A stretch of DNA of 13,367 nucleotides from Candidatus Thorarchaeota archaeon (GTDB lineage: Archaea; Asgardarchaeota; Thorarchaeia; Thorarchaeales; Thorarchaeaceae): positions 1 to 13,367 of the forward strand of contig JAFGAR010000098.1 in assembly GCA_016933575.1 (NCBI GenBank), written 5' to 3'. The translations under genes and the position numbers were made by a program. Of the stretch, positions 8,385 through 13,367 are shown piece after piece; the stretch's first letter is position 1; the number at the start of each line of letters is the position of its first letter. The notes under the pieces were generated by a model that worked only from the letters and a program-made list of their open reading frames with translations, ran no database searches and was not told the origin of the DNA.

Positions 8385-8498
8385 GGTTCTCTGATGGAAT
8401 TGTCATCATCACTCCCTTACTGGCTATCTATCTCGTATCTACGACTCATAATCCACCGGATCTGGAAAAGTGATACTCCGTCCTTTTCATGGAACCAT

Positions 8499-9149
8499 CT
8501 AGTATCCAGTCGCGTTTGAGAACACCCAAATCATCAGTACCACCAATATTCCCGCAGCAAGTGTCTTGATTCCATATGCGAGCATATTGGATTTAGATAC
8601 ATTGCCAAGAAAAAGTCCAAGGATAAAGAGCAGTAACATAGCGACGATCACAGACGATGCGAAAGCTATCCCAATTGGAAAACCAGCAAACACCATCATC
8701 AATGGGAGGGCAGTAATCAACCCAGCACCAAATGGTGAGAAGCCATTTATCAGTGAAACGACAAGAGTCGTGGTTCGGGTTGCCTTGACGATCATGCTCC
8801 CATCCAAGCTCCCTAGTAGTGAACGTTCGAGTTCCTCGATGTCCCTTTTTCTTTCTGCTCCTTCTGTCAGGTATGATGAAGTGATGCCTGAGATGAGCAT
8901 AGCGAAGCTTGTAGCAACGATGGCAAGAATCGAAGTTTCAAAGATCACCTCTGGGTCTTGGAAAGATAGTGAAGCAAACCCACCCATGATGATTCCCAGA
9001 ACTGGTAGCACTCCGTCAAATGCATTCATCGCCAGATACCGTCTTGCTATCTCGGCACCTTGAGTCAATCTTAGCTGCGCTCGTACTCTATCCATGAAGC
9101 CACATGAATCATCAAAATAGGTAGGGTCACATCTGTCATCTTTCGACAT
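8499..9149 (-). CDS. VIT1/CCC1-family (archaeal TIGR00267-like) Fe/Mn transporter
   Basis: IARRYLAMNAFDGVL carries the conserved TM1 Asp, FAMLISG..SSYLTEGAE carries the conserved TM2 Met and acidic residues, and LFILGLFLG follows. About five TM segments. GGAG lies 9 nt before the ATG. Confidence 0.88.
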   Translation of the reverse strand: MSKDDRCDPTYFDDSCGFMDRVRAQLRLTQGAEIARRYLAMNAFDGVLPVLGIIMGGFASLSFQDPEVIFETSILAIVATSFAMLISGITSSYLTEGAERKRDIEELERSLLGSLDGSMIVKATRTTTLVVSLINGFSPFGAGLITALPLMMVFAGFPIGIAFASSVIVAMLLLFILGLFLGNVSKSNMLAYGIKTLAAGILVVLMIWVFSNATGY

Positions 9150-9164
9150 TGGGCTTAGCTCCGT

Positions 9165-9195
9165 TACTGCAAGGAATCCCTTGCACTATATATTT
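9165..9195 (-). promoter_or_regulatory. TATA box and adjacent inverted-repeat operator candidate upstream of the VIT1-family gene
   Basis: The minus strand reads AAATATATAG (9195-9186), immediately followed by the palindrome TGCAAGG-N4-CCTTGCA (9168-9185). The ATG is at 9149. Confidence 0.55.
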
Positions 9196-9213
9196 GTGGA
9201 ACCTGCAAATGAC

Positions 9214-9262
9214 TAAAAGAAGGGAGGGAGTTCACCCCCTCACAATGAGGGGGAAAAAGTCC
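9214..9262 (-). terminator. Putative terminator of the subtilase gene
   Basis: After the stop codon the minus strand has a T5 run, then a perfect 8-bp hairpin CCCCCTCA-TTG-TGAGGGGG (9235-9253), then pyrimidine-rich CTCCCTTCTTTT. Confidence 0.55.
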
Positions 9263-9263
9263 C

Positions 9264-12176
9264 TCATCGGCGCTTTCTACAGGTTAGGATTATGATTACA
9301 AGGAGCAGGATGCCTCCTGCTGCCAGTACTAGGGTCATATTCTCCTGCAACCAATCGATGATGCTTGTTGTAGGTGGTAGGGGTCCTGTTGTAGAAGTAG
9401 TTGTACCAGTGGTAGTCGAAGTGTCTGTCGTTGATGTCGTAGTTGTGGTGGTGGTTGTAGTGGTCGAGGCAGGATTGACGGTGTATGCTACTTCTGAAGT
9501 TACTGCTCTATTCATTGCATAATCATAGACTGCAACTCTGAACTTCACTGTCAAGGGGGCTGGGATTGGAGTTATCGTACCGATCCAATGAGTTCCGTTG
9601 AACGTCATGGCGATGAGATTTGTATTGATCCAGTTATCAACTGAGAACTCGATGTCTACACCCCAGATACCCGATGCATTGGTGGGTTCTGACGCCTGGA
9701 TCGCGACATCAACAAACGTGGGATCAATCACAGTTGCCGTTGCATTGTTCCAGAAGGAGATAATTGTTGGTGCAATAGTGTCTGTGACAATGTATTCTCC
9801 TCCAACAATTGGATTTCCTTTTGCTGAGATGTTTACAGGCATGATCCTATACTTGATGTTCGTGGAATACGCATGACTGGGAATTGATGCAGAGTATATG
9901 CCACTTGACAAAGTCATGTTCGTATGGGTCAATGACGACCAGTCATCATGTGTCCAGTCAAATATCACGAAGTCTGCATTGGTAATATTGGCAGTGACAA
10001 CGAAGGTTTCGTTGTATTCTGGTGGCATTGGAGCCTCAGTGGTTTCCCATATGACTGGTATCTCTCTTGTTTCCTCTATCGCCTTGGAAATGTTAAGCTT
10101 GCCATATCCCCATGCCGTGCTCGCTACTCCTGGGGGCGGGGGTATTGAGCCTGTGAATGCATCATTGTATGCTGTTCCCTCAATGATGTCCTTCACTATT
10201 GGACCACAATCGCGATTCAATTGAAGTATCAGCGCAGCAGCTCCGGCGACATGAGGTCCGGAAGCTGAGGTTCCGCTGAACAATCGATAGCCTCCGAAGA
10301 CATCATCAAGCGCAAATGCACCGTAAGCATCGAACCATGTTGCCCATGCAGAGTCACTCGACCACGCAGAGATGACATCCCATCCACCAGGTGCTGCGAT
10401 TGACATCTTCGCATTACCATCAATTCGTGGTCCAATGGATGAGAACGCAGCAAGGGTTCCCGCAGAGGTCCCAAATGCAGGAATTGTCCTCGTGTGATAT
10501 GATGCCACTGAGATGGCAGTGTCTGCAGTAGATGGCCATGTTATTGTGTTTTGATTTGTCAATCCATGCGACCCCGACCATCCAGCACCATCACTCCATG
10601 CGCTGGCATCATCTGATATGTAGAAATGGTAATCTGCCGTTAATGTGTTATTGACTGCAATCGACCACCATGTATTGTGATAGAGAACACCAGAGATGTC
10701 AATGGCAATCATATGCCAAGAGCCTCTCGTGGAATTTGCTATGAACGTATCAATCGTAACATTCGTCCCTGTTGAAGCTCTCGCCCATTGATAGTATCCA
10801 AAACCAAAAGATAGCTGATGAGTTATTGAACCATAAGCTGTTGGCTCTGTGATATTTACCTGTACATTATTCACTAGTTGATCACAAAGTACGGTAATAT
10901 ACATCTCAGTCGCAGACATGTATTGATATCCTGTGCGATTTAGCATGAAATCTGTAGATAGGATTGCGTTCGCGCTAGCAGATCGATAAGCATGTCTATA
11001 ACCGCCTTGCAGATTGCCTGCAGGGACGATGACCGGTATCCCACTTGTCGTCAGGGTATCAATCATCATCTCGACGTTGCTTGATCCATCTAGGAACTCA
11101 TAGGTCCATGAGCCAACCTCAATGAGGATGACATCTGCACCATGATCGCGAGCCCATACGAGACCTTCCTCCACTGTCAAACCATCTGTCCCGAAGATAT
11201 TGATAGCCATCAATTCCGCATCCGGTGCGACACCCACATACTTCCTGTACCCAAGCTGTCCACCATTGAGAATCCCTGCAACTCCTGTCCCGTGGCCGTC
11301 TGTGTCATAGAAGGTGCTTGAGGTGAGATTGACACCTCTTTCCCATGCGCGTATTGAGCCACCAATTTTATGAACGAGATATTTCGTCTTTGGTGTCTTT
11401 AGCCGGACTAGGTAATCAACGCCTCCAAGTACGTTATTGGAGTCAGTATCGTTTACGGCAAAGAAAGTATCTCCATCATCGATAGACCCGACCGTAGTGC
11501 CATTGTCCAGCCAAATCCAGTCGACTGTCGCATCTACGCTTCCATCCTGATTGACATCAATGGCATAGAGCTTCTCGTTGTTCTCAATTGCATAGTTGCC
11601 ATTCAAGTCAACGCCATCAGTGCCATTGTTAAAGACCCATGGAGGCGTACTTGAGGTCTCGAAGTATTGGATACTGGGACCATCAGCGAAGTAGAAATCT
11701 GGGTGTCGCCATTGAATTCCTGTATCAAGGTCTGCGATTAGGATCCCTTCGCCTGTGAGATTCTCTCCGAAATAGTCATTCATCTGCCATGCAAGGTCCG
11801 CGTAGCAATCGGTGATGGACACATCCCGAGGGGATTGATAGAATGATTGTTTCAAGGGTTCAGACTGTTCGAACAACCAATCCGTTTCGAGATGCTTCAG
11901 TGCTACCTTTGATGCTTGAGCGATATATACCGAACCGATATGTTGAGGCGAGTCTCCGAAATGGATTCCCTTGCTTTCATAGTATGCAATCTCATTGGGC
12001 ATAAGCTCTCGTTCAAATCGTACTGTGACATCTTCTTTCTCTCCACTGTCGATAAATTCCTCCAGTGGGAGCCATTCTCCACTCTGCTCAACCTCCATTT
12101 GCTGGGCCTGCGGGACTGGATTAATGATGATACACATTGAAACAATAAGCATGCCAAGAATAAGCGTGCGCTTCAC
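9264..12176 (-). CDS. Secreted, C-terminally membrane-anchored S8 (subtilisin-like) serine protease, ~970 aa
   Basis: Start reassigned to the GTG at 12176 (SD AGGAGAGG at 12191-12184), giving the signal peptide MKRTLILGMLIVSMCIII. Catalytic triad: DLDTG (Asp 11724-11726), GHGTGVAG (His 11292-11294) and GTSASGPHVAG (Ser 10266-10268). Oxyanion PAGN (Asn 11013-11015). Two Ig/FN3-like C-terminal repeats, a Thr-rich linker, a TM helix and an RKRR tail follow. Confidence 0.93.
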   Translation of the reverse strand: MKRTLILGMLIVSMCIIINPVPQAQQMEVEQSGEWLPLEEFIDSGEKEDVTVRFERELMPNEIAYYESKGIHFGDSPQHIGSVYIAQASKVALKHLETDWLFEQSEPLKQSFYQSPRDVSITDCYADLAWQMNDYFGENLTGEGILIADLDTGIQWRHPDFYFADGPSIQYFETSSTPPWVFNNGTDGVDLNGNYAIENNEKLYAIDVNQDGSVDATVDWIWLDNGTTVGSIDDGDTFFAVNDTDSNNVLGGVDYLVRLKTPKTKYLVHKIGGSIRAWERGVNLTSSTFYDTDGHGTGVAGILNGGQLGYRKYVGVAPDAELMAINIFGTDGLTVEEGLVWARDHGADVILIEVGSWTYEFLDGSSNVEMMIDTLTTSGIPVIVPAGNLQGGYRHAYRSASANAILSTDFMLNRTGYQYMSATEMYITVLCDQLVNNVQVNITEPTAYGSITHQLSFGFGYYQWARASTGTNVTIDTFIANSTRGSWHMIAIDISGVLYHNTWWSIAVNNTLTADYHFYISDDASAWSDGAGWSGSHGLTNQNTITWPSTADTAISVASYHTRTIPAFGTSAGTLAAFSSIGPRIDGNAKMSIAAPGGWDVISAWSSDSAWATWFDAYGAFALDDVFGGYRLFSGTSASGPHVAGAAALILQLNRDCGPIVKDIIEGTAYNDAFTGSIPPPPGVASTAWGYGKLNISKAIEETREIPVIWETTEAPMPPEYNETFVVTANITNADFVIFDWTHDDWSSLTHTNMTLSSGIYSASIPSHAYSTNIKYRIMPVNISAKGNPIVGGEYIVTDTIAPTIISFWNNATATVIDPTFVDVAIQASEPTNASGIWGVDIEFSVDNWINTNLIAMTFNGTHWIGTITPIPAPLTVKFRVAVYDYAMNRAVTSEVAYTVNPASTTTTTTTTTTSTTDTSTTTGTTTSTTGPLPPTTSIIDWLQENMTLVLAAGGILLLVIIILTCRKRR
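9364..9472 (-). repeat. Low-complexity Thr/Ser-rich coding repeat (linker of the surface protease)
   Basis: Encodes STTTTTTTTTTSTTDTSTTTGTTTSTTGPLPPTTS using mixed ACN codons, so it is a protein-level repeat rather than a microsatellite. Confidence 0.85.
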
Positions 12177-12218
12177 CTTGATACCTCTCCTAATTGCATG
12201 TATCGCAGGCAAAGGTGA

Positions 12219-12262
12219 CATATAAGCTTCTGCTGATTCTATTTTTCGAAAGGTTTTATGCT
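12219..12262. promoter_or_regulatory. Back-to-back archaeal promoters for the subtilase (-) and GNAT-OB (+) genes
   Basis: Minus strand CAGAAG-CTTATATG (TATA-like 12226-12219, about 43 nt from the GTG). Plus strand CGAAAAGG-TTTTATGC (BRE and TATA-like, 12247-12262). Confidence 0.55.
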
Positions 12263-12378
12263 CTTCAGCTTTTGTGGAAACATCTAGAATTTGCTGCATA
12301 TTGCTCAGTAACATTAGTATAGAGGAGAGGGGGAACAGTGATCTGAAGACGGAGATAATATGTGGAGGGATGAAGAAC

Positions 12379-13173
12379 ATGACAAGATCTGTGTCAATCG
12401 AGTTCGCACAACCAGAAGATGCTGAGAAACTTGCTGACATCTCGAAACGAGCCTTTGATTCTGATATTGAGGTCGGAGCCTCTGGTCCGGGAGGTCCCCC
12501 GGAATATGATTCCATTGAGGCGCATCGAAGAGATACCGGGTTGGAACAAACGGATTACTGGAAGATTATCTTTAATGGCCAAATAGTTGGCGGAATGAGA
12601 GTATTCAGAGTCACTCCTGAGCATTGTGACATCTATGGTGTCTTCATAGACCCTGATTTCCATAGGCAAGGAATAGGTAGTGAGTTCTTCAGACTGATCG
12701 AGATCAAATATCCTCAGGTAAAGAAATGGTCATTAGACACACCGATATGGAATGTTCGAACGAAGGTGTTCTACGAGAAGTTGGGCTTCGTTCAGCTGGG
12801 CATACTAAGGTGGGTGCCTGATTTTGATTTGCGCTACTATGCAAAGATGACCGATAAGGACTTTCAACTAGTCACGACAAAGATATCCGACCTTTCTCCT
12901 GGCTTGGGGGGACTCCGAGTCGAAGGAGTGGTTCAAAGCATCTCAACAACAAGAGAAGTGACTTCACCTATGGATGGGAAAAGGCATCATGTTGCAAATG
13001 CGACCCTTGTTGATGATACTGGGTCCGTGATCTTGGTTCTTTGGAACGATCAAATCCGACAGATTCATGAAGGAGAGAGAATTCGGGTCGAAGATGCACA
13101 TGTCAAAGAATTCAATGGACAACTACAACTAAGTCTTGAGAGAGGTGGACAATTGGTGATCTTACAGGTTTGA
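12379..13173 (+). CDS. GNAT-family N-acetyltransferase fused to a C-terminal SSB/RPA-type OB fold (264 aa)
   Basis: Start ATG at 12379 (alternative 12370) after GGAGGG at 12364-12369. GNAT acetyl-CoA motif FIDPDFHRQGIGSEFF and motif NVRTKVFYEKLGF. The C-terminal KISDLSPG..VEGVV..VANATLVDDTGSVILVLWND..EGERIRVEDAHVKEFNGQLQL is a single OB fold of the crenarchaeal SSB/hSSB1/archaeal RPA type. Confidence 0.9.
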   Translation: MTRSVSIEFAQPEDAEKLADISKRAFDSDIEVGASGPGGPPEYDSIEAHRRDTGLEQTDYWKIIFNGQIVGGMRVFRVTPEHCDIYGVFIDPDFHRQGIGSEFFRLIEIKYPQVKKWSLDTPIWNVRTKVFYEKLGFVQLGILRWVPDFDLRYYAKMTDKDFQLVTTKISDLSPGLGGLRVEGVVQSISTTREVTSPMDGKRHHVANATLVDDTGSVILVLWNDQIRQIHEGERIRVEDAHVKEFNGQLQLSLERGGQLVILQV

Positions 13174-13365
13174 GTCATTCCATTTCTTTGCCATGTCCGG
13201 GAAAGAAAGGGCCTTCCCCTTGAGAGAAGGCCCATGAATGCCCTCGACCTCAAGACCCTGTTCATCAGCAAACAGGATGAGAGGATCTAAGAGGCATAGA
13301 GTCGAAACTCCCAAAGACCCGAACCATCGAATTCCTGTGGCTCGTAGGGGCTCCCTGGATAGTAG
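13162..13365 (-). CDS. Probable 3' end of a convergent gene entering from the right edge (partial, unknown product)
   Basis: A frame open from the edge for 67 codons (LLSREPLRATGIRWFGSLGVSTLCLLDPLILFADEQGLEVEGIHGPSLKGKALSFPDMAKKWNDSNL*) ends at TAA 13164-13162 and overlaps the GNAT-OB 3' end by 12 nt. The other two minus frames are also open at the edge but shorter (26 and 33 codons), so the frame is not certain. Confidence 0.5.
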   Translation of the reverse strand, partial: LLSREPLRATGIRWFGSLGVSTLCLLDPLILFADEQGLEVEGIHGPSLKGKALSFPDMAKKWNDSNL

Positions 13366-13367
13366 TA

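Noticed and set aside
12274-12369. N-terminal extension of the GNAT-OB ORF from the GTG at 12274
   Set aside because: It lies too close to the putative TATA, has no SD, and gives a non-GNAT-like sequence. The domain begins at MTRSVSIEFA.
12177-12515. 113-aa N-terminal extension of the subtilase given in the ORF track
   Set aside because: It runs antisense through the promoter region and the start of the GNAT gene. The SD, TATA and signal peptide all point to the GTG at 12176.
7832-12669. Shadow ORFs over the kinase, VIT1, subtilase and GNAT genes (e.g. 8566-9063, 9292-9522, 9598-9876, 9898-10224)
   Set aside because: They are antisense mirrors of real genes. The poly-Val run is simply the reverse complement of the poly-Thr linker.
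13230-13270. CUGAUGA on the minus strand as a hammerhead core or C/D-box C motif
   Set aside because: There is no suitably placed GAAA and stem II for a hammerhead, and no terminal CUGA D box.
13171-13300. Selenocysteine read-through of the GNAT-OB TGA with a SECIS-like AUGA...GA hairpin (13234-13300)
   Set aside because: The OB fold is already complete at the TGA. The 38 open codons after it are within chance expectation. The stem is too long and the GA/GA quartet is out of register for a eukaryote/Loki-type SECIS.
1-13367. CRISPR arrays, tRNA/rRNA genes, IS elements, integrases or att sites bounding the operon
   Set aside because: I saw no regularly spaced direct repeats, cloverleaf, transposase/recombinase motifs or terminal repeats, and the intergenic gaps are too short for an array or element. 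The operon's left boundary is outside the window.

Overview
This is a gene-dense, probably archaeal window. The evidence is TATA/BRE-like promoters together with GGAGG-type Shine-Dalgarno sites, an archaeal-type VIT1 protein, a crenarchaeal/hSSB1-type OB fold, and a Thr-rich membrane-anchored surface protease. An Asgard (Thorarchaeota-like) origin is my inference, not proven. The left 7.4 kb is a tightly coupled five-gene + strand operon of the MoxR/YehL type: variant SWIM Zn-finger protein, ~468-aa unknown protein, CoxE-type vWA protein, MoxR-family AAA+ ATPase and a DUF5682/YehM-like protein. The N-terminal motifs of the last protein resemble TIKI/TraB/ChaN-fold metallohydrolases. The right half holds a small P-loop kinase (-), a small membrane protein (+), a VIT1/CCC1 transporter (-) with an operator-like palindrome next to its TATA box, and a ~970-aa secreted, membrane-anchored subtilase with two large inserts (-). 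It also has a divergently transcribed GNAT acetyltransferase fused to an SSB-type OB fold (+) and the probable 3' end of a convergent gene at the right edge. I found no RNA genes, CRISPR arrays or mobile elements. The best candidates for undescribed biology are the MoxR/vWA/SWIM/putative-hydrolase module in an archaeal context and the GNAT-SSB fusion. All family assignments come from motif recognition by eye, not from database searches.
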